This document shows, piece after piece, positions 1-9,507 of a stretch of 60,795 nucleotides of DNA (its first letter is position 1; each line of letters begins with the position of its first letter). The notes under the pieces are model-generated. The model was not told the DNA's origin. It worked only from the letters and a program-made list of their open reading frames with translations, and ran no database searches. The position numbers and the translations under genes were made by a program. The stretch is taken from positions 1 to 60,795 of IMG/VR virus record IMGVR_UViG_3300038318_000336, one strand, 5' to 3'. This DNA comes from a virus. Taxonomy: Duplodnaviria; Caudoviricetes.

Positions 1-79
1 AGAAAGGGGGAGGGGGGAATAGGAGTCGTCAGCGAAAAAAGAAGCCGGTTTATAGAAGTAGATATCCGGACTATTAGAC

Positions 80-108
80 TTGACATAATTTAAAACACGA
101 TATAAAAT
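80..108 (+). promoter_or_regulatory. sigma-A/70-type promoter upstream of the late (terminase) operon
   Basis: TTGACA (80-85), 17-nt spacer, TAAAAT (103-108). Confidence 0.7.
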
Positions 109-150
109 TAAAGTAGCACTTTGTAACCCTAAATAGGGATGGAGAATATA

Positions 151-184
151 AAACCGTCTTTGCATTTTGCAGGGGCGGTTTTTT
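151..184 (+). terminator. intrinsic terminator/attenuator in the late leader
   Basis: AAACCGTCTTTGCA-TTT-TGCAGGGGCGGTTT stem (G-U pairs) followed by T-run. Confidence 0.7.
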
Positions 185-234
185 GTTATGCGTTTTTGAC
201 AGTTCACATAGTTTAAGGCAAAGAAGGTGGTGGT

Positions 235-1011
235 GTGGCTAGAAAATCTAAGTATGATTGGAATAAGATAAGAGAAGAATTTGAAAATACTGCGGCAACA
301 CTCAAAGAGCTTGCCGAAAAACATAACATTGCGCCTGGGACTGTGAGAAGTCGAAAGAGTCGGGAGGACTGGGAGAAAACGAAACAAAAAAAGAATATTG
401 CAACATTACAAAAAAAAGAAAAATCACCTCATGATAAGGAAAACAAGGAAAACAAGGAAAGAAAATTTTGCGGTGCCAAGGCGAAGCAGACTGGCCAGCC
501 TTGCCGCCGACCAGCCGGCTGGGGAACGACCCATCCGGGGACTGGAAGGTGCAAGCTTCACGGGGGCTGTTCTCCAGGGGTGAAAGGCAACAAGAACGCC
601 CGGACCCACGGCGCTTACGAAACAATAATTCGCGACCGTTTATCCAAAGAAGAACAGATGGTTTTTGACGCTATATCCGATGATTCCAACATGAGTCAAG
701 AAATTCGGATACTTCGATTTAAGTTACTGAGGCTCCTGGAACCAGTTGAGAAAGAAATGATAGTAGGAACCAAAGAAGGACCGACGGTAAAAACATTAAA
801 AGTAGATGAAATCACCAAAGCCTATGCCACTGAAAAACTGATTGATGGAATTCGCAAAATAATGAAAGATATCAAAGATACAGAAAGTACGGACAAAGAA
901 ACTATCACCGAACACTCCCGCCGAGTACAAGAAGTTTGGAAAGAACGATTGCAAAATAACAAAGGCAGTCAAAAAGGCAATGATGGCGATAGTGGTAGCG
1001 AAGGTGGGTGA
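235..1011 (+). CDS. terS: terminase small subunit
   Basis: N-terminal HTH (LKELAEKHNIAPGTVRSRKSREDW), CKLHGG and GNKNARTHG motifs, directly upstream of terL. Confidence 0.85.
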   Translation: MARKSKYDWNKIREEFENTAATLKELAEKHNIAPGTVRSRKSREDWEKTKQKKNIATLQKKEKSPHDKENKENKERKFCGAKAKQTGQPCRRPAGWGTTHPGTGRCKLHGGCSPGVKGNKNARTHGAYETIIRDRLSKEEQMVFDAISDDSNMSQEIRILRFKLLRLLEPVEKEMIVGTKEGPTVKTLKVDEITKAYATEKLIDGIRKIMKDIKDTESTDKETITEHSRRVQEVWKERLQNNKGSQKGNDGDSGSEGG

Positions 1012-1018
1012 ATAACCT

Positions 1019-2452
1019 ATGGCCAACATTACAATAGAACCAATCTTACTTAAACCCGAAGTAATCATCTATTACGCAGACAACATCATAGATTACGTCA
1101 AAGAAGTCATCGGTGTTACTCCAGACGACATCCAGGGAGATATCCTTCTTTCTGTTCAGAATAACATGAAAACAGCGGTCCGTTCCGGCCATGGGATCGG
1201 TAAATCTGCCTTAGAAGCTTGGGCAATTAAATGGTATATGTATAGCCGGCCTTTTCCGAAGATACCTTGCACCGCCCCAACCCAGCACCAGCTAAAAGAT
1301 ATCCTCTGGGCAGAGGTCAGCAAATGGAACCGGCAAGCAGCAGACCAACATCTTTTTCAATGGACTGCTGAATCATTCAAACACAAAGCCCATCCGGAAG
1401 AATGGTTCGCGGTGGCCAGGACGGCCAGCACCCCAGATGCACTCCAGGGCTTCCATGCTGACCATATTTTGTATGTGATTGACGAAGCTTCGGGGGTTAA
1501 GGATGAGATTTACCAGCCGGTACTTGGCGCTTTAACCTCTCATAATAGCAAGCTTTTAATGTGTGGGAACCCGACAAGAATCTCCGGGTTCTTTTTTGAT
1601 GCATTTAATAAAAATAGAGCAATATTTAATACTTTCAAAGTAGATGGGCGCGATTCTTCCCGAGTAAGCAAAGTGTTCATTCAGACTATCATCGACATGT
1701 TCGGGGAAGACAGCGACGTTTTCCGGATCCGGGTAGCAGGCGATTTTCCTAAATCAGAGCCAGATAGTTTCATTCCGCTGGACTGGGTGGAAAAAGCCAT
1801 CAGTAAAAAAACTATCACCCTAGAAGCTTTCAGCCCCAAAGTCCACCGTTTAGATATTGGTGTAGACGTAGCGCGATTTGGCGATGATGAATCTGTTATA
1901 GCTGCGGTAATCAATAAAAGGAAACAGATGCCATCAGAGATATACAATCACAACGACACCATGCAACTAACTGGCAGACTAACTCAAAAAGTAGAACGAT
2001 GTATTAACTTAGCTCAGCGAATACATGTAAAGATAGACTGCGATGGACTGGGTGTTGGGGTATACGATAGGTTCTGTGAAGTAATTCGCCAAAAACGTTG
2101 GCGGAATGTTTATGCTTATGAAGGCCACTTTGGAGGCCGGGGCGGAAAACTCAAAGAAGGCGACCCGGTTGAGTTTGAGAACTCCACGGGATTAATGTGG
2201 GGAACAATTCGAGAACAACTTAGAATCAGAAAAGAATCAATGACTAATGAAATCGAATTATGGAACGATCAGGAACAAATAGCGCAGCTGGCTAATAGAA
2301 AATACCGGGTTAATTCAGATGGCAAGATTGTGCTGGAACGTAAAGAGGAAATGAAGAAACGCGGCGTTAAGTCTCCTGATAGAGCAGATGCTCTGGTGTT
2401 GGCAATGTGGGATCCACCAAGCAACAGAATTGTCTCCCGGCCATTTGTATGA
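1019..2452 (+). CDS. terL: terminase large subunit
   Basis: Walker A SGHGIGKS, Walker B YVIDEASG, nuclease IGVDVARFGDD and SPDRADAL. Confidence 0.95.
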   Translation: MANITIEPILLKPEVIIYYADNIIDYVKEVIGVTPDDIQGDILLSVQNNMKTAVRSGHGIGKSALEAWAIKWYMYSRPFPKIPCTAPTQHQLKDILWAEVSKWNRQAADQHLFQWTAESFKHKAHPEEWFAVARTASTPDALQGFHADHILYVIDEASGVKDEIYQPVLGALTSHNSKLLMCGNPTRISGFFFDAFNKNRAIFNTFKVDGRDSSRVSKVFIQTIIDMFGEDSDVFRIRVAGDFPKSEPDSFIPLDWVEKAISKKTITLEAFSPKVHRLDIGVDVARFGDDESVIAAVINKRKQMPSEIYNHNDTMQLTGRLTQKVERCINLAQRIHVKIDCDGLGVGVYDRFCEVIRQKRWRNVYAYEGHFGGRGGKLKEGDPVEFENSTGLMWGTIREQLRIRKESMTNEIELWNDQEQIAQLANRKYRVNSDGKIVLERKEEMKKRGVKSPDRADALVLAMWDPPSNRIVSRPFV

Positions 2453-2582
2453 TGTATATACAACAATATTTCCTTTGGCTTCCTTAACCAATATATTGAG
2501 TTAATTAGTTAATAGTGGGCTAAAAGAGTGAATCAACAAAAAATAGTTTATAATCTTTTATTTTAAAAGAAGGTGTTTTAAA

Positions 2583-4139
2583 GTGTTTAAAAATCCAGAG
2601 CTTGAAGCAAACAAGCTTATAGCCAAAACCCTTAGGGAGTGGATTTGGAATCAAGACAACAAAGTTAGAATAGAAAACTATCAAGTGTATGAAGATTATT
2701 ATGACGGTGAACATGAAGTACACCTTCCGCCCAAATTGAAAGAAGCATTAGAAACTGATTTTAAAGTTATCTCCAATTATTGCAAGACCGTAGTAGATAA
2801 AGCTGTGGGGTATCTGTGTGGCCAACCGATAGGGATTGAAGTTGTCCCTGATACCTTTGGACTCTCAAAAGAAGAACTGAAAGAAATAAGAAAACGCGAA
2901 GAGCAGGCAGAACGATTGCTTTATAATGTTTATCGGAACAATCACTTTCTTAAGAAAAATATAGTAAAATTAATCCGGGTACAAGGCAAGAAAGGTGATG
3001 TCTTTGTTAAGTGTTATGTAGATGTCGATGAGAAAAACGACAAAAGCAAAGAAACTAAGTACCCGGAAGACAGGATTAAACTAAAAGTATTACGTCCGGA
3101 TATCGTTTATCCTAAATTTAAAGATGACGATTATGAGGAATACGATTATATAGCGATTGTCTTTGATAGGTTTGACGAAAACGGGCAAGTTTACAAATAC
3201 GCTCAAGTGTTTTGGGATGATGTTGTTAGAGAATATAAATCTGAGGGCAGCGGGAAAGAGTGGGAACAGATAGGGCCGGATAAGCCTAATGAAATTGGAA
3301 TGATTCCAATTGTGCATATTAAAAACAATGAAGATGACACTCCTTGGGGCCGGTCTGATATTGAAGATATAATAACCTTACAGGATGCTATAAATAAATC
3401 ATTAACTGACCTGATGTACAACGGGGATTTCCAAGCGTTCCAAAGGGTAATCATAACTGGACATGAAGCTACTCCGTTAACACCAGAGGAAGTGCGGGAC
3501 AATCAACAATACACCGGGCCGGGAAGCGTGATGAGCATTCCAGACCTAAACGCCAAGGTTTATAATATTGAGGCCGGCGATAGCTCCCAATTAATTAGTA
3601 TTATTAAAACTATTCGCCAGGAGATCAGCGCGAATGGACGTATTCCACAAATTGCGCTTAGCCAAGCGGATGGGGCAGGCGCAGCTTCCAGCTTAGCATT
3701 AAGGATTCATTACCAACCGCTAGACGAGAAATGTAACGAGAAAGCGACGTTGGCCGCGGATGGATTGCAGCAAATCAACAGAATTATCCTTGCTTATTAT
3801 AAAAAGCTAACGAAAGAAGATTATACCGACATGTACACCGAAGCCAGGTTTAGTAAGAGTATGCCGGTAGATAGACGGGAAGAAGCAATGATTCACGAGA
3901 CAGAAGATAAAAACCAATGGAAGAGTAAAGATACTATCAGAAACGAACGCGGAGTGGCCGACCCAGACGAAGAAAAAGAGAAGATTCGGCAGGAGATGGA
4001 AGAGTTTGGCCAAGGGCAGGATGTTTACGAGAACAGGATAGATAAAGAGTTAAAAGATTTGTTGGGTGGCGGGACTGGTACGGAGCAGGGAGACAAGGGC
4101 AGTAAAGACGATGGTGGCAAAGATGACAATTCTAATTGA
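2583..4139 (+). CDS. portal protein, SPP1 gp6-like
   Basis: YYDGEH, NYCKTVVDKAVGYLCG, GMIPIVHIKN, GRSDIE motifs; position after terL. Confidence 0.9.
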   Translation: MFKNPELEANKLIAKTLREWIWNQDNKVRIENYQVYEDYYDGEHEVHLPPKLKEALETDFKVISNYCKTVVDKAVGYLCGQPIGIEVVPDTFGLSKEELKEIRKREEQAERLLYNVYRNNHFLKKNIVKLIRVQGKKGDVFVKCYVDVDEKNDKSKETKYPEDRIKLKVLRPDIVYPKFKDDDYEEYDYIAIVFDRFDENGQVYKYAQVFWDDVVREYKSEGSGKEWEQIGPDKPNEIGMIPIVHIKNNEDDTPWGRSDIEDIITLQDAINKSLTDLMYNGDFQAFQRVIITGHEATPLTPEEVRDNQQYTGPGSVMSIPDLNAKVYNIEAGDSSQLISIIKTIRQEISANGRIPQIALSQADGAGAASSLALRIHYQPLDEKCNEKATLAADGLQQINRIILAYYKKLTKEDYTDMYTEARFSKSMPVDRREEAMIHETEDKNQWKSKDTIRNERGVADPDEEKEKIRQEMEEFGQGQDVYENRIDKELKDLLGGGTGTEQGDKGSKDDGGKDDNSN

Positions 4140-4332
4140 TTTCAAGAAATCAAAATGGCTCTGTGTTCATAGATGCAAAAAACGCACTACCGGCAGATAT
4201 GCTTTGGAGAATGCAGCCGCAATTGAAATAGAATTAGGGTTTTGCCTGGTTCTAATTTACTTTGGTCATTTCATTCATGACTGCGCTGAAATGAAGAGCC
4301 AGTTGGAAAAACAAGTGACAGGGCAGAGGTGA
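4123..4332 (+). CDS. small hypothetical protein
   Basis: ORF overlapping portal end and abutting next gene; start uncertain. Confidence 0.45.
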   Translation: MTILIDFKKSKWLCVHRCKKRTTGRYALENAAAIEIELGFCLVLIYFGHFIHDCAEMKSQLEKQVTGQR

Positions 4333-4336
4333 TTCC

Positions 4337-5305
4337 ATGGCCATCGATAAAAATCAACTTTATGCACGGATCCAAAAAGCCTTTCGTGGCAAATACCTTC
4401 AACTCCAAAAACAATTAGAAAGAGATTTTGACAAGATCGCTGATGAACTTGATAGAAAGATTCAACAATTAGTTTTCAAATATTCTAAGTCAGATGGGAC
4501 TCTTGATAGAAAATATATAGATGAGATTAACAGGGAAATTGACAGTATAGTTAATTGGTTTACAGAAAATAGTTCTAAATGGATAGATGAAAACCTTATT
4601 CGGAGTGCGGATTTGGCAATTGATAGCCAGGATGCAGCCGCACGGGTTTTTATCCAACAAGCAATTGATGAATATAGAGGGGTTGACCGGGCAGTGTTGG
4701 TTAAAGCAGCTAGCGACCCGGCAGCACCTTTTTTACTAAGAGTGCAGTTTGGTACAGGGTTACCCAATCATATCCGAAAAGCAGTTTGGCAAAAGAGATG
4801 GGTTGATGGATATGCTCTGAGTGATAGAATCTGGGAGCAGGATAGAGTTTTAAGACAGAATTTACATAGCATGATTGAACAGTGTATCAACGAAGGATTG
4901 TCGGCCGTGGACTTTAGCCGGGCAGTAGAAAAATACTTAAGGGAACCGGGCCCAGCTTGGACTACGGCGATAAAACCGAGCGTGACGGGACGAGGAAGCA
5001 TAAAATACAATGCTCTTAGATTGGCAAGAACAGAAACCCAAACAGCATATAGAACTTCACATGCACTAGGGGTGAAGAATAACGCTATAGTAAAAGGTAT
5101 AAGGTGGAATTTATCTGGGAGCCATCCGGAGTCTGACATATGTGATGAATGGGCCACTCAAGATTTGTACGGATTGGGGCCAGGAGTGTATCCCCCGGAG
5201 AGTTTGCCACCGGGACACCCAAATTGTTTGTGCTTTCTTACGGACGAACTCTATCAAGGGCAAGAGCTTATTGATAGATTAAAAGTGAAATATGGGACCT
5301 CTTAA
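4337..5305 (+). CDS. minor head morphogenesis protein (MuF/SPP1 gp7-like)
   Basis: LSDRIW, RLARTET, PPGHPNCLC motifs. Confidence 0.9.
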   Translation: MAIDKNQLYARIQKAFRGKYLQLQKQLERDFDKIADELDRKIQQLVFKYSKSDGTLDRKYIDEINREIDSIVNWFTENSSKWIDENLIRSADLAIDSQDAAARVFIQQAIDEYRGVDRAVLVKAASDPAAPFLLRVQFGTGLPNHIRKAVWQKRWVDGYALSDRIWEQDRVLRQNLHSMIEQCINEGLSAVDFSRAVEKYLREPGPAWTTAIKPSVTGRGSIKYNALRLARTETQTAYRTSHALGVKNNAIVKGIRWNLSGSHPESDICDEWATQDLYGLGPGVYPPESLPPGHPNCLCFLTDELYQGQELIDRLKVKYGTS

Positions 5306-5365
5306 AGTACCAAAACACCAATAAACTAACATACTCAAAATCAATAAGTTCCTTTTCCTTCCAAA

Positions 5366-5374
5366 TGGTATAAT
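5366..5374 (+). promoter_or_regulatory. extended -10 promoter for head-region moron cluster
   Basis: TGGTATAAT; same AAATGGTATAATA string at 27871-27883. Confidence 0.5.
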
Positions 5375-5415
5375 AACACTATAAGCTAATGCATTGTGTT
5401 GCCATGGGGGAAAAG

Positions 5416-5619
5416 ATGATAAATAAAGACCATAACTCAAACAATTCTAATAAACAACTAAATCCTTTACAATGTTTCTTTTGTGCTTTGTATCTTCGTT
5501 TGTCGGCATGTATAAGATTCCCTTTCGGCATACCTCCGGAATATATTGGCGGGTTGAAGAAATGTGACCGGTATCGGTCGAATAAGGGGGAGGATTATGC
5601 AGAGGATAAAAGGAGATGA
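5416..5619 (+). CDS. small Cys-containing hypothetical protein
   Basis: CFFC...CIRFPFGIP pattern, purine-rich RBS; start uncertain. Confidence 0.5.
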   Translation: MINKDHNSNNSNKQLNPLQCFFCALYLRLSACIRFPFGIPPEYIGGLKKCDRYRSNKGEDYAEDKRR

Positions 5620-5625
5620 CTTTTT

Positions 5626-5967
5626 ATGGAGAAAATAAAATATTTAAACAATCCTTTTGATACAGTTATACAGGCGACTAAAGAATTGTACCCTGGTTTG
5701 CGTGCCGACATACAGTTTGATGATCGGTTAAGGTATTTCAAATTTTTATTCATAAGAATCGGTCATTGCGGTGAAACGTGGTTCCCCGAAGATGGTTCGA
5801 CACCATTGATTAATGTTTCAACTAATATTCCGTTTCGGGGGATGATAGATGTTTTGGCACATGAATTGGCCTATGCTGCGGTCGGACATGGGAAGGGGCA
5901 TGGAGTAGAGTGGAGAGGGGCGTTCGAAGCAATCCATAAAAAGTATATGGAAATTCTTTTTAGATGA
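5626..5967 (+). CDS. SprT/zincin-like protein with degenerate HExxH (HELAY)
   Basis: VLAHELAYAAVGHGKGHGVEW. Confidence 0.6.
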   Translation: MEKIKYLNNPFDTVIQATKELYPGLRADIQFDDRLRYFKFLFIRIGHCGETWFPEDGSTPLINVSTNIPFRGMIDVLAHELAYAAVGHGKGHGVEWRGAFEAIHKKYMEILFR

Positions 5968-5986
5968 TAATGGGGGTGGATGGATA

Positions 5987-6457
5987 ATGGATAACATTAA
6001 TCCCGAGATTATTCAATATCTTGAGTTCAAAATCTCCGAGGTTATTAAATACCTTGAATTTGAACCAATAACAGACCCAGGACATGCTACGTTTAAGGCT
6101 GGGGATATTTTAAAACATGAAGACGGGCACTATGAATTAGTTGGAACAATCAACGAAAATGGAGGGTATACGGATGGGTTTGCCGAACCGAAATATAGAT
6201 ATAAAGAGATTGCCAAGAATGCTTTCAAACAATTAATACAGAGCATAGAAAAACCAGTAATATTAAAATGTTTTAGAAATCAAGTGTTTGGCAAAGCGAA
6301 ATATGAAAGTCTAGATAATGCGATGAGAGCAGCTTTCTGGCAAGTTGAAGACAACGAGGGGTGGCCTGATAGTATAACAGACGGCAATAAAACATATTTT
6401 CGCGACGATATGGAACGATATTGGGCAGAACGTAATTGGAGTTGGAGAGAGCACTAA
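5987..6457 (+). CDS. hypothetical protein
   Basis: 156-aa ORF with RBS. Confidence 0.7.
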   Translation: MDNINPEIIQYLEFKISEVIKYLEFEPITDPGHATFKAGDILKHEDGHYELVGTINENGGYTDGFAEPKYRYKEIAKNAFKQLIQSIEKPVILKCFRNQVFGKAKYESLDNAMRAAFWQVEDNEGWPDSITDGNKTYFRDDMERYWAERNWSWREH

Positions 6458-6568
6458 ATAGTTAAGGGGGTAAGCTTCTGTGAACGTTCCAAAAATAACC
6501 GTTCAATGGCACCGCGGGCGCGACGTTAAAAAAATGTCCCAAAACAGACTGTATTAACCATCCGGTTA

Positions 6569-6811
6569 ATGGCGGAAACGGGGAGCGTGGATATACACGT
6601 TAAATTAACGGAAGAAAATTACCAAGATTTATTTTATACTAAGTTTGGACTTAAGGCAGACTTGACTGAAACAGTTGAAGCTGAAATCGAATGGATTGAA
6701 CATTTCTTTACTGGGAAAACGGAACGTTGCAATGAACTATGTACTATCGGAATAACGAACGTGAATATCTCAGGGAAAGGTATTGTAATGGTGTGCCATA
6801 TAATTGACTAG
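6569..6811 (+). CDS. hypothetical protein
   Basis: 80-aa ORF followed by terminator. Confidence 0.5.
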   Translation: MAETGSVDIHVKLTEENYQDLFYTKFGLKADLTETVEAEIEWIEHFFTGKTERCNELCTIGITNVNISGKGIVMVCHIID

Positions 6812-6843
6812 CAATATTGAACAATATTTATAGAATATATTTC

Positions 6844-6866
6844 AACCGCCAAATCGGCGGTTTTTT
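6844..6866 (+). terminator. intrinsic terminator (ACCGCC/GGCGGT family)
   Basis: AACCGCC-AAATC-GGCGGTT + T-run. Confidence 0.75.
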
Positions 6867-7074
6867 AATGCCTAAAATTAAGGAAGGGGGGGGATAGCCG
6901 TGGAGGAAAAAGATAAAACCAGAGACATACTGGAAGTAAATGAGGATGAGTTGGTCGGGTACATCAGAAATTGTTGTTTCGGACGCGGACACAAACGACC
7001 TCTTAGCGGTCATAGATAACGAAAAAATTATTACAAGAAACGGGATCAAAGCGAGCAGAAATTAAAATGGAGGG

Positions 7075-7275
7075 ATGGGAATGTTGAATTGGCTGCGCGT
7101 ATCATACAAACTATTACGCTGCCGGTTTCGTTTAGTCCCTTCATTTTGCAAGGTATGTGGGCGGGATGTGCATGATTTTATTGCGCCGGGGGATGTCTGG
7201 CAGAAAGTAGAACCGCTCATAAAACGAGGAAACGTAGTTTGCTATGATTGTTTTTGCGAGTTGTGTCAAGAATAG
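7075..7275 (+). CDS. small Zn-finger-like protein
   Basis: CKVC...CYDC/CFC, GGAGG RBS. Confidence 0.6.
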   Translation: MGMLNWLRVSYKLLRCRFRLVPSFCKVCGRDVHDFIAPGDVWQKVEPLIKRGNVVCYDCFCELCQE

Positions 7276-7496
7276 GGGTAAAAACAGTGTGGACACTGAG
7301 GTAAGATTGCAGAAAACTAGTTATTGTCGCCAGGGGCGCAAAGGGACGCACAGTTTCACCTCCTGCTGAAGGCCGGTCAACGAGCTAATCGGAGATGATT
7401 TACAAGAGAGCTTTCACCCCGGGCCTCCCTGGTTGTTATTATTATAACCATTACTGAATACCAGGTATCAGTAAATTTTAATTATGGAGGGATGCA

Positions 7497-7658
7497 ATGA
7501 ATTACAACGATTTAATTAAACATAAAAGCCATAAAATCTCTGTCCAAGAAACTGAAGGAAGCTTTATGGCACAAATTTATTGTTATGATTGTGAAGAGGT
7601 TTTGACGGAACGAATTAACGACAAATATTGTGAAGACATTTCCAAAAAACATTTTTAA
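7497..7658 (+). CDS. small hypothetical protein (53 aa, below ORF-track cutoff)
   Basis: GGAGG RBS, MNYNDLIKHKSH...CYDCEE...KKHF-stop. Confidence 0.55.
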   Translation: MNYNDLIKHKSHKISVQETEGSFMAQIYCYDCEEVLTERINDKYCEDISKKHF

Positions 7659-7696
7659 AAAGATTGGGATAAAGGAGTGGGGGAGTTGAGGTAAAC

Positions 7697-7975
7697 ATGG
7701 TACGAATGGTACGGATTAAAAAGACCAAAACAATGATTGCAACGTTGATTAGCATTGGTCCGCCCGAGAGCAAAGCTGTCCGGTTTTTGCGAATGCAAAG
7801 CCAAAGCGGGAGTCTGAAGTATAGCGATCGATTGGAATTTATTGTACTGGGAGAAGATGGCCGTATTGAAGATGGGTTTCTAACTTCACAATCAATAGAG
7901 GAACCAAAAAAAGAAGGGCGGTTTATTACATTCAAAACAGAGAATTCGGAGTATAAATTTAGAGAGTTGTTTTGA
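7697..7975 (+). CDS. hypothetical protein
   Basis: GAGGT RBS, 92 aa. Confidence 0.6.
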   Translation: MVRMVRIKKTKTMIATLISIGPPESKAVRFLRMQSQSGSLKYSDRLEFIVLGEDGRIEDGFLTSQSIEEPKKEGRFITFKTENSEYKFRELF

Positions 7976-7995
7976 GGAAAGCAAGGGGGCTACGT

Positions 7996-8328
7996 ATGAA
8001 TATCATGAATATCCCAGATAAAATCAAAATCGGTCCCTACGAGGTCAAAGTAGAAATTATAGGCAACATTGCTATCGACAGGGAGCACGGAGGAGAATAT
8101 TGTCCAAGAGAGCTTAAAATTAGCCTAGACAGTGCATTGAAAAAGCGTCATGGAGAAATCTTCATGCACGAGGTTATTGAGGCAATAAATGACATTTATA
8201 ATCTTAGCATTGATCGCGACGACATGATGGTTTTAGGGATGGCGTTGTATCAGCTGTTTATAGATAACGTTGTCATATTGCACCAAGGTGGGTTAATTCG
8301 TTCAACCATGCCCGTAAACATTGGATGA
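7996..8328 (+). CDS. phage metallopeptidase-like protein (HEVIE)
   Basis: IPDKIKIGPYEVKV N-terminus and FMHEVIEAIN. Confidence 0.6.
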   Translation: MNIMNIPDKIKIGPYEVKVEIIGNIAIDREHGGEYCPRELKISLDSALKKRHGEIFMHEVIEAINDIYNLSIDRDDMMVLGMALYQLFIDNVVILHQGGLIRSTMPVNIG

Positions 8329-8403
8329 GAGAATAACTCCGCAGACTGTTCATACGTGCCACGACATTAAAGTTTTTAAGGGCCTGAGGGGAGGCGAGTT
8401 ATA

Positions 8404-8799
8404 ATGCCAAAAGTTTTCTTGGGTGGAACTTGCAACAATTCGCAATGGCGAGACAATTTAATTCTAACACTCAATATTGACTACTTTAACCCGGTTGTTG
8501 ATGATTGGACCCCAGAATGTCAACAACGAGAAGTTAAGGAAAGAGAAACCGCCGACTATGTTCTATACACTGTTACCAAAGAGATGGCTGGGGTTTATTC
8601 TATTGCAGAAGCAGTTGACGACAGTAACAAAAGACCGGAGAAAACTGTCTTTTGTGTACTTAAAGATGGGTTTGACGAGGGACAATTGCGTTCCCTGGAT
8701 GCAGTAGCCCAAATGGTTCAGAGAAACGGGGGCAAGGTTTTTGACAACCTAAAAGAGGTTGCTGAATATTTGAATAAAGCAGCTCTAGCCGCCAGCTAA
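8404..8799 (+). CDS. nucleoside 2-deoxyribosyltransferase-like protein
   Basis: KVFLGGTCN..WR, YFNPVVDDW, SIAEAVDDSNKRP pattern. Confidence 0.75.
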   Translation: MPKVFLGGTCNNSQWRDNLILTLNIDYFNPVVDDWTPECQQREVKERETADYVLYTVTKEMAGVYSIAEAVDDSNKRPEKTVFCVLKDGFDEGQLRSLDAVAQMVQRNGGKVFDNLKEVAEYLNKAALAAS

Positions 8800-8842
8800 G
8801 GCGGTTTAATTATGTCTAAATGCGATATAAGGAGGGATCGAC

Positions 8843-9052
8843 ATTTCTAAGAAAAATTACAAACCACCTACAGCAAAAGACCGCACGAATTTTAAAACTA
8901 AATTTGGAGGGAATCCCAGTTCTGTAGGTGTTGGGTTGATGAGAGATAATCAAGGGGTGTTTGTCCGAACTCATAGAGCGCGATCAAAAAGCTACCCGAG
9001 CGCAGACAAAATCCCTAAGAAGGTAGTTAAGTTTATCGAAAGCACAGGCTGA
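8843..9052 (+). CDS. 69-aa basic protein with ATT start (missed by ORF track)
   Basis: AAGGAGGG 6 nt upstream of ATT; open frame SKKNYKPP...THRARSKSYPSADKIPKKVVKFIESTG-stop. Confidence 0.55.
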   Translation: MSKKNYKPPTAKDRTNFKTKFGGNPSSVGVGLMRDNQGVFVRTHRARSKSYPSADKIPKKVVKFIESTG

Positions 9053-9144
9053 CTAAGTGAGAGAGGTTTTAAACAACTTGTCCGAACGTGCATGACGTAA
9101 AACTAACACAGTTTTATAACGAAAATGAAAGGAGGGAATGATCA

Positions 9145-9507
9145 ATGGAAAAGCTACAGCATGACCTATTAACTAACAAATACACCGAGGTCTGGCATGA
9201 AGAGCCGAAGGAAATGGAATACAATGCTCCGCATCATTTTCAGGTAAGACCAACCGGAAATTCATTAGAAATTTTATCAGAGGTGAATTTTCAAAAAGGT
9301 CCTATTAAGGAATGTGGGGTTAACGGGGTTTGCAACGAAGATTTAATTGCAATGGTGATTACTAGGCTTGAACATTTCCAGGAATCGGAGTTTGCTTGTA
9401 GAGAAAATTCTTTGGCTATTATGAAGCTAGAAGAAGCCTTATTGTGGTTAAGAAAAAGGACAATGGGGAGAGAGAAGAGAGGCGTGGAAGGCACTCATCA
9501 AAAATAA
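9145..9507 (+). CDS. tad1: Tad1-family anti-defence cyclic-nucleotide sponge
   Basis: FQKGPIKECGVNG..NEDLI..VITRLEHFQ.SEFACRENSLAIMKLEEALLWL..RT..R..RGVEGT matches the Tad1 signature as I recall it. Confidence 0.85.
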   Translation: MEKLQHDLLTNKYTEVWHEEPKEMEYNAPHHFQVRPTGNSLEILSEVNFQKGPIKECGVNGVCNEDLIAMVITRLEHFQESEFACRENSLAIMKLEEALLWLRKRTMGREKRGVEGTHQK

